Positions 37,624-46,572 of a DNA stretch of 64,000 nucleotides are shown piece by piece. Source of the DNA: Bacteroidota bacterium (GTDB taxonomy: Bacteria; Bacteroidota; Ignavibacteria; Kryptoniales; JAKASW01); NCBI GenBank assembly GCA_023381615.1, contig JAMCQL010000014.1:16569-80568 (forward strand), read 5' to 3'. The notes under the pieces were generated by a model. It ran no database searches. It was not told where the DNA came from and worked only from the letters and a program-made list of their open reading frames with translations. The translations under genes and the position numbers were made by a program. Within the stretch, counting starts at the first letter, position 1, and each line of letters opens with the position of its first letter.

Positions 37624-40139
37624 AAAGTCGGCTTCATATTGCCTTGCGCGGTGCAGTGCAAGGTGTTGGATTCAGGCCTTTTGTTTATCGACTTGCTGTG
37701 GAAATGGGACTCAACGGTTGGGTCCTCAATTCATCTCAGGGAGTCTTTATTGAGATTGAGGGCGAGAAGAATCTACTCGACATTTTCCTATCCAGACTCG
37801 AAAAGGAAAAACCGCCGCGTTCATATATTCAGGGAATGGAATTTTCGTTTCTCGACGTTATCGGTTTTACGAAGTTTGAAATAAGAGAGAGCAGTTCGAA
37901 CGGCGAGAAGAGCGCGATTGTTTTGCCTGATATCGCGACATGTCCCGACTGTGCAAGCGAAATTCTTGACCCGAGCAACAGACGGTATTTGTATCCATTT
38001 ACAAATTGCACGAACTGCGGTCCGCGTTTCAGCATAATCAGAGCTCTTCCTTACGATAGGTCGAATACCACGATGCAGAAATTCGAGATGTGCGAGAAGT
38101 GCAGGGAAGAATATAATAATCCGCTCGACAGGCGATTCCATGCGCAGCCGAACGCGTGTCCGAAGTGTGGGCCGCACATCGAGCTTTGGGATAAGAGTGG
38201 CGGCATTTTGTCGATGCGCCGCGATGCGCTTCTTCATGCCGCTGACTCACTCCGGCGTGGTAAAATTGTTGCGCTGAAAGGGATCGGCGGATTCCAGCTG
38301 ATTGTCGACGCAAGAAATGAAGAGGCAGTAAAACTCCTGCGTACCCGGAAGCATCGTGAGGAGAAACCGTTCGCGCTGATGTATCCATCACTAGAATACT
38401 TGAAACGTCATTGTGAAATATCTGAGGTAGAGGAAAGATTGCTTTTATCACCGGAGGCACCGATTGTATTGCTGAGGAGAAAGAAGATAACCTTGTCAAA
38501 GAGCAAGCTACCCTTGCGAAGGTTTCCAGAGACGGATAACCCCAACAGCTTTCATGAGTGTGGAACCTTCGCAAGGTTAAAGGCATCGGATATCGCCGAT
38601 TCCGTGGCGCCTCGGAATCCCTATCTCGGAGCTATGCTGCCTTATACACCGCTCCATCTTATCTTGATGTGTGAGCTTGGATTCCCGGTGGTCGCAACAA
38701 GCGGAAATATTTCTGACGAACCGATTTGTATCGATGAGCACGAGGCGCTGGAAAAGCTGCGGGACATCGCCGATTTGTTCTTGGTTCACGACAGGCCGAT
38801 TGAAAGGCATGTAGATGATTCCGTCGTTCGCATCATGATGGAGCGCGTCCAGATGGTTCGCCGCGCCCGCGGTTATGCGCCGTTTCCGATTGAACTTGAT
38901 GGAGAGAACCATGCGTCGGTGCTTGCAGTCGGTGGGCATTTGAAGAACACAATTGCAATCAATTCGGGAAATAACATTTTTGTGAGTCAGCATATCGGCG
39001 ATCTGTCGACCGAAGAAGCGTTTAAGGCTTTTGAAAAAGTGACTCGCGATTTTCAGAAGCTGTACGAAATCTCACCTCAAGTGATCGCGCACGACATCCA
39101 TCCGGATTATCTCTCGACGCAGTTTGCTCGTGCAGCAATCAGCAGTCAGCAATCAGCGGTCAGCATCCAGCATCACTTTGCTCATGTCGCCTCTTGCATG
39201 GCGGAGAATAAGTTGAATGGGCAAGTGCTTGGAGTTTCCTGGGACGGTACCGGCTACGGTGAAGTCGAAGATCCCCCGAAGGGGCAGGCCGTTCGCGGGA
39301 ACGGGACAGTCTGGGGCGGAGAATTTCTCCTGACAGACGGCGGCGATTATAAACGTGTTGCGACATTTAGATCATTTCGCTTGCCGGGGAATTCGGCGTC
39401 TGTGAAAGAGCCGCGGCGGACAGCGCTCGGAGTTCTTTATGAAATCTTTGGCGAAAAATTGTTCGGGATGACGGAGATGCCGCCTGTCAATGCATTCGAG
39501 GAACAGTCACTGCCAATCTTGAAGAAAATGCTTGAAACTGGTTTGAATTCTCCGACAACGACAAGCGCGGGAAGATTATTTGATGCCGTTTCCTCGATCA
39601 TCGGGCTTCGACAAGTTGTGAATTTCGAAGGACAGGGCGCGATGGAACTTGAGTTTGCCGCGGATGGAACGGAGTCGGATGATTGTTACGATTTTGACGT
39701 TACAGGAAACAGGAGAAAGGAGACAGGAGACAGGACAGGATACGAACCTTCATTCATCGTAAATTGGGAACCGATGGTCAAAGAGATTCTTGATGATAAA
39801 TCGAGGGGTATGCCGGTCGGCTTGATAGCTGCTAAGTTTCATAATACTCTCGCGGCGATTATTGTCGATGTTGCGAAACGAGTCGGCGAAGAAAGGGTCG
39901 TCATTAGTGGCGGATGTTTCCAGAACAGATATCTTACGGAGCGAACGATTTGGCTCTTGAGCGGGAATGGTTTCAAACCTTACTGGCACCAACGAATACC
40001 GCCAAACGACGGAGGGATTTCGCTGGGACAGCTGTTTGTGGCGTTAAGGAAGGAAAAAAGGAGGCAGGAGACGAAAGGCAAAGTGGAAGAATGGAATTGT
40101 GGAGGAATGGAATTGTGGAAGAATGGAATATCTGAGTAA
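37620..40139 (+). CDS. hypF: carbamoyltransferase HypF, about 90 aa longer than typical because of repeat-derived inserts
   Basis: Has the acylphosphatase domain (RGAVQGVGFRPFVY), CPDC..CTNCGPRF..CEKC..CPKCGP zinc fingers, YrdC-like and Kae1-like parts (VQHHFAH, GGCFQN). TTG start overlaps the hypB stop. Confidence 0.9.
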   Translation: MKSRLHIALRGAVQGVGFRPFVYRLAVEMGLNGWVLNSSQGVFIEIEGEKNLLDIFLSRLEKEKPPRSYIQGMEFSFLDVIGFTKFEIRESSSNGEKSAIVLPDIATCPDCASEILDPSNRRYLYPFTNCTNCGPRFSIIRALPYDRSNTTMQKFEMCEKCREEYNNPLDRRFHAQPNACPKCGPHIELWDKSGGILSMRRDALLHAADSLRRGKIVALKGIGGFQLIVDARNEEAVKLLRTRKHREEKPFALMYPSLEYLKRHCEISEVEERLLLSPEAPIVLLRRKKITLSKSKLPLRRFPETDNPNSFHECGTFARLKASDIADSVAPRNPYLGAMLPYTPLHLILMCELGFPVVATSGNISDEPICIDEHEALEKLRDIADLFLVHDRPIERHVDDSVVRIMMERVQMVRRARGYAPFPIELDGENHASVLAVGGHLKNTIAINSGNNIFVSQHIGDLSTEEAFKAFEKVTRDFQKLYEISPQVIAHDIHPDYLSTQFARAAISSQQSAVSIQHHFAHVASCMAENKLNGQVLGVSWDGTGYGEVEDPPKGQAVRGNGTVWGGEFLLTDGGDYKRVATFRSFRLPGNSASVKEPRRTALGVLYEIFGEKLFGMTEMPPVNAFEEQSLPILKKMLETGLNSPTTTSAGRLFDAVSSIIGLRQVVNFEGQGAMELEFAADGTESDDCYDFDVTGNRRKETGDRTGYEPSFIVNWEPMVKEILDDKSRGMPVGLIAAKFHNTLAAIIVDVAKRVGEERVVISGGCFQNRYLTERTIWLLSGNGFKPYWHQRIPPNDGGISLGQLFVALRKEKRRQETKGKVEEWNCGGMELWKNGISE
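38489..38578 (+). repeat. REP-like palindrome element (CCTTGCGAAGG variant) embedded in-frame in hypF
   Basis: AACCTTGTCAAAG...ACCCTTGCGAAGGTT...AACCTTCGCAAGGTT. It is 90 nt (30 codons) and encodes ...TLSKSKLPLRRFPETDNPNSFHECGTFARL... Confidence 0.7.
39137..39171 (+). repeat. heptanucleotide tandem array NNTCAGC x5 inside hypF
   Basis: AATCAGC AGTCAGC AATCAGC GGTCAGC ATCCAGC. Confidence 0.75.
39703..39737 (+). repeat. heptanucleotide tandem array CAGGAGA x5 inside hypF
   Basis: CAGGAAA CAGGAGA AAGGAGA CAGGAGA CAGGACA. Confidence 0.75.
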
Positions 40140-40152
40140 TGGAATTGTGTCT
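40089..40152 (+). repeat. 16-bp tandem repeat x4 spanning the hypF stop codon
   Basis: GAATGGAATTGTGGAG GAATGGAATTGTGGAA GAATGGAATATCTGAG TAATGGAATTGTGTCT. Degenerate AATGGAAT copies continue to about 40540. Confidence 0.8.
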
Positions 40153-40357
40153 CGAAATTGAGCCGGCCTTGAGTCCCGTTAGGGACGAAATGTTTGTAGT
40201 TAAGGGAAGGAAGTCAAGGCAGCCCCGCAGGGGCGACATGTGCGTGGACGAATGGAATAATGAAAAGCGAAGGCGGGATGCGGAACCAGAAGTTAGGAGC
40301 AAGATGCAAGAAAGAAAAAACAGGGGCAAGAAGGCAGAAGGGAATAATGGAAAAATG

Positions 40358-40406
40358 TCCCGCTCAATTATTCTATACGAGAGTGCGGGATCCCGCAGAG
40401 CGGGAG
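40358..40406 (+). repeat. hairpin repeat family TCCCGCTCA..ATTATT..TGCGGGATSCCGC, copy in hypF-hypD spacer
   Basis: TCCCGCTCAATTATTCTATACGAGAGTGCGGGATCCCGCAGAGCGGGAG. Confidence 0.6.
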
Positions 40407-40557
40407 AATAATGGAATACTGGATAATTTCCGAGAATGAAAGAAGCCAGAGCAGGAAAGAAGAGCGAGTGTCAAGCCCTCCTCTCCCTCGCGGGAGAGGA
40501 AAGAGGTGAGGGCGAAATGGAATGGTGGAATACAAGAAATTAGAAGTGATAAGTTAG

Positions 40558-41661
40558 ATGAAATACATAGACGAATATAGAGATGCAGAGACGGCGAAGA
40601 AATACGCCGAGATGATTCACAAGATCACGACTCGTGAGTGGACTATGATGGAAATATGCGGTGGGCAGACACATGCAATCGTGAAGTTCGGCATCGATTT
40701 TCTTCTCCCGAAAGAAATTACACTTGTTCACGGGCCGGGCTGTCCCGTTTGTGTCACGCCGCTAGAGATAATCGACAAGGCGATTGTCATCGCAAGCCGT
40801 CCCGATGTCATCTTCACATCGTTCGGAGATATGCTTCGCGTTCCCGGCTCGAAAAAAGATTTGCTCACTGTCAAGTCCGAAGGCGGCGACGTTCGAATAG
40901 TATATTCTCCGCTCGATGCGCTTAAGGTGGCACAGCAAAACCCGAACAAGAAAGTTGTGTTCTTCGCAGTGGGATTTGAAACGACCGCTCCGGCGAACGC
41001 GATGGCTGTCTGGCAGGCGAGGGAATTAGGCGTAAAGAATTTTTCGGCGCTTGCTTCGCACGTTCTTGTTCCGCCGGCGATGGTGGCGATATTGTCTTCG
41101 CCTTCTCATCTTGTCCAAGCTTTTCTTGCAGCCGGGCATGTTTGCACGGTGATGGGATACGAAGACTATTTCCCGATTGCGGGAAAATACAAAGCGCCGA
41201 TCATCGTAACGGGTTTCGAGCCGGTGGATATTCTGCAGGGAATTTATATGGCAGTTAAGCAGCTTGAAGAAGGGAGAGTCGACGTCGAGAATCAATATGC
41301 GCGTGCGGTTCGAAGAGAAGGAAATATTCCCGCGAAGAAGTTGCTCGCAGATGTATTCGAGGTCATTGACAGGAAGTGGCGCGGCATTGGAATAATTCCG
41401 CAGAGCGGCTGGGGATTGAAACCGGAATTTGCGGACCACGATGCAGAGAAAATCTTCGACGTTGGTGGAATCGAGACTCAGGAATCGCCTCTCTGCATCG
41501 CGGGAGAAATTTTGCAGGGGCTGAAGAAGCCGCATGAGTGCACTGCCTTCGGAACGCTTTGCAAGCCCGAGCATCCGTTAGGTGCGCCGATGGTGTCGTC
41601 GGAAGGAGCGTGTGCGGCGTATTTCGCCTATGGAAGGTATAGGGAGGCCGATGGACGTTGA
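40558..41661 (+). CDS. hypD: hydrogenase maturation protein HypD
   Basis: Has [27 protein letters not shown] and FFAVGFETT. Confidence 0.93.
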   Translation: MKYIDEYRDAETAKKYAEMIHKITTREWTMMEICGGQTHAIVKFGIDFLLPKEITLVHGPGCPVCVTPLEIIDKAIVIASRPDVIFTSFGDMLRVPGSKKDLLTVKSEGGDVRIVYSPLDALKVAQQNPNKKVVFFAVGFETTAPANAMAVWQARELGVKNFSALASHVLVPPAMVAILSSPSHLVQAFLAAGHVCTVMGYEDYFPIAGKYKAPIIVTGFEPVDILQGIYMAVKQLEEGRVDVENQYARAVRREGNIPAKKLLADVFEVIDRKWRGIGIIPQSGWGLKPEFADHDAEKIFDVGGIETQESPLCIAGEILQGLKKPHECTAFGTLCKPEHPLGAPMVSSEGACAAYFAYGRYREADGR

Positions 41662-41799
41662 GCATTTCGCTGGACTAAATTCGAAACTCGAAAAACTAAA
41701 TCCTAAACAAATCCGAAATCCTAAATCGGAAATTCCGAATTGCGAAATCCTTTGTTTTGGATTTTTGTCATTCGAATTTGTCCCGTCAAAAACTATTTA

Positions 41800-41876
41800 T
41801 CCCGCTCATTATTACCAGAAAAGGAATATGCGGGATGCCGCAAGGCGGCATATGTCGGGATGCCGAAAAGCGGCAT
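41800..41876 (+). repeat. hairpin repeat family TCCCGCTCA..ATTATT..TGCGGGATGCCGC, copy in hypD-hypE spacer
   Basis: TCCCGCTCATTATTACCAGAAAAGGAATATGCGGGATGCCGCAAGGCGGCATATGTCGGGATGCCGAAAAGCGGCAT. Confidence 0.6.
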
Positions 41877-41924
41877 TTAGAGTTTCGGATTTCTGAACGA
41901 CGTTAGTCAACAAAGGAAGAGGTT

Positions 41925-42992
41925 ATGTCAAGTTACCGGCAATTAGACCTTAGAAGCGGCTTCGCCTGTCCGATTCCGAAGTCGGACTATACAAACATCC
42001 TCCTCGCACACGGCAGCGGCGGAAAACTCACTCACCAGCTAATCGAGAAAATGTTCGTGCCTCAATTTCAAAACGAACTTCTTGAGCCGCTCCACGATGG
42101 CGCAGTATTTACTGCTGGAAACAAACGGTTCGCATTCTCGACCGATTCATTTGTCGTCAGTCCGATCTTCTTTCCGGGCGGAGACATAGGTGAGCTCGCA
42201 ATAAACGGAACCGTAAACGACATTGCGATGTGCGGAGCGAAGCCGTTGTATTTGTCATCGGCGTTCATCATTGAAGAAGGTCTTCCAATTGACGATCTGT
42301 GGCGAGTTGTGCTCTCCATGCAAGAAGCGGCCAAGCGGGCTGGAGTTCTGCTTGTTACCGGCGATACGAAAGTCGTGGACCGCGGAAAAGGGGACAAGAT
42401 TTTTATCAACACTTCCGGCATCGGGATAATTGAGGATGGCGTCGACATAAGTCCGAAGCGGATAAAAGTCGGCGACAAGATAATTGTGAACGGCGAAATC
42501 GCGGTGCACGGAATTGCGATAATGTCCGTCCGCGAGGGATTAGAATTCGAGACTCAGATCAAAAGCGACACCGCGCCGTTGAATGGACTCGTCGAGGAAA
42601 TGCTGAAGGCAAGCAAAAACATACACGTTATGCGCGACCCGACCCGCGGTGGAGTTGCAACGACACTGAACGAATTGGCCGAGCAGTCGAACCTCGGAAT
42701 TCTTGTCAATGAAGAAAGCATCCCTGTATCGGATGACGTCAAAGGAGCGTGTGAGATCCTCGGCTTAGATCCGCTTTACATTGCCAACGAAGGAAAGCTC
42801 CTCGCGTTTGTTTCGCCTGAAGATGCAGACAAAGTCTTGGATACAATGCGGAGACATCCGCTTGGCAAAGGCTCGGTCATAATCGGAGAAGTTGTCGACC
42901 GGTATCCGGGCACGGTGGTCATGAAAAGCAAAATCGGCGGGACGAGAGTCGTTGACATGTTGACAGGCGAACAGCTTCCAAGGATCTGTTAG
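41925..42992 (+). CDS. hypE: hydrogenase maturation protein HypE
   Basis: AIR-synthase-like fold (AHGSGG, VTGDTKVV, MRDPTRGG) and the C-terminal PRIC motif. Confidence 0.93.
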   Translation: MSSYRQLDLRSGFACPIPKSDYTNILLAHGSGGKLTHQLIEKMFVPQFQNELLEPLHDGAVFTAGNKRFAFSTDSFVVSPIFFPGGDIGELAINGTVNDIAMCGAKPLYLSSAFIIEEGLPIDDLWRVVLSMQEAAKRAGVLLVTGDTKVVDRGKGDKIFINTSGIGIIEDGVDISPKRIKVGDKIIVNGEIAVHGIAIMSVREGLEFETQIKSDTAPLNGLVEEMLKASKNIHVMRDPTRGGVATTLNELAEQSNLGILVNEESIPVSDDVKGACEILGLDPLYIANEGKLLAFVSPEDADKVLDTMRRHPLGKGSVIIGEVVDRYPGTVVMKSKIGGTRVVDMLTGEQLPRIC

Positions 42993-43020
42993 ACCGTTGA
43001 ACACGCCGGATATAAGAAAG

Positions 43021-43051
43021 GGGCGCTCAGTTGGACGCCCATTTCTTTTTT
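43021..43051 (+). terminator. Rho-independent terminator after hypE
   Basis: GGGCG-N10-CGCCC followed by ATTTCTTTTTT. Confidence 0.6.
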
Positions 43052-43096
43052 GTTTCAATGAAAAAATTGCTAATATTTTTTGCCTGTTGGCCGCGG

Positions 43097-43203
43097 TTCT
43101 TTGATTCCGAGGTTGTATGCCATGAAAGCCAGCACATCCGCAGCTTGCGCGATGCGCTTGTCTGTCGGCATGTAGTTGTGGCTCGTCTTTGTCTCGACTC
43201 GAA
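43097..43203 (-). pseudogene. orphan duplicate of the prolyl-oligopeptidase 3' end (left copy of a 107-bp direct repeat)
   Basis: Base-for-base identical to 44048..44154. In frame it encodes ...ETKTSHNYMPTDKRIAQAADVLAFMAYNLGIKE, then its own tail PRPTGKKY and a stop. Confidence 0.8.
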
Positions 43204-43243
43204 CTAATGCACGGTTTCCTTGCGCAAATCAGACCTCGGCGCA

Positions 43244-43498
43244 TCACTTATACACATCTTTTCTATGCTTGATTCTGTAGATCAGGATTTCTTTACCCTT
43301 ATCAGAGATTTCATATAGGATGCGATAATTGCCCGCGCGAATTCTATATCCGTCAGTGCCTGTAAGCTTCTGTACGCCAATCGGCCGTGGCTCTTCAGAA
43401 AGGTTTTGTATCCGGGATGAAATGTGTAAGACTTCCTTATCGGGAAGCGAATCCAGATCTTTTTGCGCTGATGGCTTAACGATTATCTCGTATGCCAC
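43244..43498 (-). CDS. RelE/ParE-family type II toxin
   Basis: 84 aa, MAYEIIVKPSAQKDLDSLP...YRIRAGNYRILYEI...ILIYRIKHRKDVY. Confidence 0.8.
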   Translation of the reverse strand: MAYEIIVKPSAQKDLDSLPDKEVLHISSRIQNLSEEPRPIGVQKLTGTDGYRIRAGNYRILYEISDKGKEILIYRIKHRKDVYK

Positions 43499-43691
43499 GC
43501 TTGCTCAAGTATCCGATCAAGGTTAGATCTTTCCCTTTTACAGTCTTTGCGCTCTCCAAATCATACTTGTCTTCAAGCAATTCAACCAGTTCACCAAAGG
43601 TCGGACTCTTCTTCAACTGTTCCCATTCCTTCCTCGGAATGCGAATATCATCTTTCCTTTGCTGCAACCGCGCTCTTCGATTGGCTAACAT
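43476..43691 (-). CDS. putative cognate antitoxin
   Basis: 71 aa. The ATG at 43691 follows GAGGTG. It overlaps the toxin start by 23 nt. Family not recognised. Confidence 0.55.
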   Translation of the reverse strand: MLANRRARLQQRKDDIRIPRKEWEQLKKSPTFGELVELLEDKYDLESAKTVKGKDLTLIGYLSKRGIRDNR

Positions 43692-43760
43692 TGTATCACC
43701 TCTGTAAAAATCTCTTCTGAATAAGTTAAGGCAATTTTCTGGGACGGTCAACAGGAAGCG

Positions 43761-43956
43761 ACGACGAGTTTACCCAAAATGCCATGAGATTTGAGAATTT
43801 GGTCTTGACCTCCCCTTAGTCCCCTCCTTGACAAGGAGGGGATAAAGGGGTGGTTGATTCGTGATGATCTTAGTAGGCTTATCTTACAACTTGAGTTAGA
43901 TCCTATGTCGATTTCCACGAGGTCCTGTCGATCGTAATCAAAATGGGTAAACTCGT
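43761..43956. mobile_element. 196-bp MITE, copy 2
   Basis: Identical by eye to 1043..1238. GAAGCG is repeated on both flanks (43755..43760 and 43958..43963, the right copy offset by 1 nt). Confidence 0.8.
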
Positions 43957-44029
43957 TGAAGCGACCGATCAGCCATCGAATTTCAGCCACTGTCTGACTG
44001 CTGAAAGCTGACAGCTGATCGCGCCTTTT

Positions 44030-46315
44030 TTACTTTCCCGCCGGTGCTTCTTTGATTCCGAGGTTGTATGCCATGAAAGCCAGCACATCCGCAGCTTGCG
44101 CGATGCGCTTGTCTGTCGGCATGTAGTTGTGGCTCGTCTTTGTCTCGACTCGAATCAGCACCGGGTTATCACAAGCCTGATCGTGCTGCATCTCGGCGAT
44201 GAATTTGTATGAGTGGCTCGGCACGACCCTGTCATCGTGATCGGCGGTCGTGACAATTGTCGGAGGATAACATGTACCAGGCTTGATGTTCTGCACCGGT
44301 GAATATTTGATAAGATACTGGAAATCAGTTGAGTCATCCGATGAACCGTACTCAGGAACCCAACCTACTCCCGCGGAAAATTTCTGGTAACGAAGCATGT
44401 CCATGACTCCCGCGCCGGCGTATGCTGCTCCGTAAAGGTCGGGGCGCTGTGTCTCTACAGCACCGATAAGAAGTCCGCCATTCGAATATCCCTCGATGCC
44501 GAGCTTCGGTGTCGATGTGTATTTTTCTTTTATCAGGTATTCGGCAGCGGCAATGAAATCGTCGAACACGTTCTGCTTTTTGCTCAGCATCCCAGCGTGA
44601 TGCCACGCTTCGCCATATTCGCCGCCGCCTCGTAAGTTTGCCACCGCATAAATGCCGCCCATCTCAAGCCAGGCGGCGGTCGTAGGACTGAATGACGGCG
44701 TGATGCTGATATTGAATCCGCCGTAGGCATAAAGGAGTGTCGGGTTCTCCCCGTCGAGCTTCAATCCCTTTTTCATCGTAATAAACATCGGAATTCGAGT
44801 GCCATCTTTGGAGTGATAAAACACTTGCTTTGTCTCATAATTGTTTGGACTAAAGTCTACATGCGGCGGTTGGAATTCCGTGCTCTTTCCTGTCTTGTCC
44901 CGACGAAGGTCGGGATCCTTCGGAAAGTCATAATGGAACACTGTTGTTGGATAGAGAAATGACGTGAAAGCGTAGAATAGCTCCGGTGTGTCGTAACGGC
45001 CGCTCATTCCTCCTACTGTGCCAAGTCCGGGTAGCTTCAGTTTTCCTTCGGCTTTTCCTTTGAGCGAGTAGAATGACACTTCGCTCTTCGCATCGACGAG
45101 ACGCATGACAACAACCCGTCCGCCCGCGAGGAGCGACTGCTCAATCACATTCTTCGATTCAGGAACGACTGTCTTCCAATTTTTCGGATCGGGATGGTTT
45201 ATATCGAATGACACCATGCGACGGTTCGGTGCATCAAGAGTTGTCTGCATATAAAGTGTCGTCCCGACATTTCCAATCGGATAGTATTCGGCGTCGTCTT
45301 TTTCAAATAACGGAGTGACAGGCGATGAAAGGTCGGGATTTCCCGGGTCTTTCAGATCGACATAATAGACTTTGTTTTTGGACTCCGTCCCTTTATTCAG
45401 GATTATGAAAAGGTACCGCCCATCTTCCGTTACTCCACCGCCAACGTACCAGCCGGGATAGTCTTTCAGGTCATAGAAAAGTTTATCGTCGCTCTGTGGA
45501 GTTCCGAGTTTGTGGTAGTAAAGCTCCTGTCCGACAGCCTCGGACATCAGAGCCTCACCCTTCTTTGGCTCCGGGAATCTCGAATAGAAGAATCCGCGGT
45601 TGTCGTTCGTCCACGCGATTCCTGAGAATTTTACCCAATGAACCGTGTCGGCGAGATCTTTTCCGGTCGCAAGGTCGCGGACATGAAGCTCCTCCCAATC
45701 CGCTCCGCCTTGAGAAAGTCCATAGCATAGATATTTCCCATTCGGCGAGGCCTCATAGCTTAGAAGCGCAATCGAGCCGTCGGGCGAGAGCTTGTTCGGA
45801 TCGAGGATCATCCTTGGTTTGCCCGCCAAAGACTTCTGGACGTAAACCGGGCTTTGGTTCTGCAATCCGGAGTTCTTGCTGTAGAAGAGTTCCCCCGACC
45901 GGGTCGGGGTCGGCACTCCGACCTTCTCGTAGTTCCAGAGCTTTGTGATTCTTTTATTGATCCACTTTCGGACGGGAATCTTGCCTAAGTAATCGAAGGT
46001 GACTTTGTTTTCCGCTTCGACCCACGTTTCCACTTCAGGACTGTTTTGATTCTCCATCCATTGATATGGGGCGGGGACTTTCGTTCCGAAATAATTGTCA
46101 ACGATAGTATCCCTGCGTGCGACCGGATAAGTCAAGGATTGGCCTTTGACGGTGAGCGGTAAAATAATCATAGCGACAAGAATGAATAATTCGAAGTTAA
46201 GCGCGGTCCGAGTTCCCAGGAAAGATGGAATGTTTCCCTTCCTCGTTCGTCTCGATTGATAAATAGGAATAGCGAAGATCAGCAGAATGCTGAAGAGTAT
46301 TAAGAGCGCTGACAT
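44030..46315 (-). CDS. prolyl oligopeptidase (S9A serine peptidase)
   Basis: N-terminal beta-propeller and a C-terminal hydrolase with GYSNGGLL (nucleophile Ser), ...TADHDDRV... and TKTSHNY. The true start may be an internal Met before the signal-like MIILPLTVKG. Confidence 0.9.
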   Translation of the reverse strand: MSALLILFSILLIFAIPIYQSRRTRKGNIPSFLGTRTALNFELFILVAMIILPLTVKGQSLTYPVARRDTIVDNYFGTKVPAPYQWMENQNSPEVETWVEAENKVTFDYLGKIPVRKWINKRITKLWNYEKVGVPTPTRSGELFYSKNSGLQNQSPVYVQKSLAGKPRMILDPNKLSPDGSIALLSYEASPNGKYLCYGLSQGGADWEELHVRDLATGKDLADTVHWVKFSGIAWTNDNRGFFYSRFPEPKKGEALMSEAVGQELYYHKLGTPQSDDKLFYDLKDYPGWYVGGGVTEDGRYLFIILNKGTESKNKVYYVDLKDPGNPDLSSPVTPLFEKDDAEYYPIGNVGTTLYMQTTLDAPNRRMVSFDINHPDPKNWKTVVPESKNVIEQSLLAGGRVVVMRLVDAKSEVSFYSLKGKAEGKLKLPGLGTVGGMSGRYDTPELFYAFTSFLYPTTVFHYDFPKDPDLRRDKTGKSTEFQPPHVDFSPNNYETKQVFYHSKDGTRIPMFITMKKGLKLDGENPTLLYAYGGFNISITPSFSPTTAAWLEMGGIYAVANLRGGGEYGEAWHHAGMLSKKQNVFDDFIAAAEYLIKEKYTSTPKLGIEGYSNGGLLIGAVETQRPDLYGAAYAGAGVMDMLRYQKFSAGVGWVPEYGSSDDSTDFQYLIKYSPVQNIKPGTCYPPTIVTTADHDDRVVPSHSYKFIAEMQHDQACDNPVLIRVETKTSHNYMPTDKRIAQAADVLAFMAYNLGIKEAPAGK

Positions 46316-46572
46316 TGTTCCTCCTTTTTCTTGTTTTCAAACTTGATGCTGCCGTTTATTTAGAAAATTTCATTGATGGATTACCGTTTTCAAACATCGG
46401 GGAGAAATTCTTGATGATTGAATTGAAGTGTATGCTTTCGATCATTGTTATAAATATCGCAGGAGTGGGCTGAGGTTGCAAGTGGAGTCGGCAGATTAGT
46501 ATTTCTCGATAACGTTTGATTTATTGAATGTGCATAGATACCTTATTCGAGAAGTATAGAGGAGGAAAGTAT

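Noticed and set aside
39973-40411. ORFs 40139..40411 (+) and 39973..40329 (-) in the hypF-hypD spacer
   Set aside because: They are translations of tandem and hairpin repeats (AATGGAAT field). Their composition is repeat-driven with no start context.
36821-41760. CRISPR array among the tandem repeats of the hyp region
   Set aside because: The repeat units are only 7-16 bp and directly abut one another. There are no 25-40-bp unique spacers and no cas genes in the window.
42765-43247. 160-aa minus-strand ORF spanning the hypE 3' end and the oligopeptidase fragment
   Set aside because: It is off-frame relative to the duplicated oligopeptidase segment and antisense to hypE.
45496-45948. 150-aa ORF antisense to prolyl oligopeptidase
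   Set aside because: An Arg/Ser/Pro-rich shadow ORF opposite a well-supported S9A peptidase gene.
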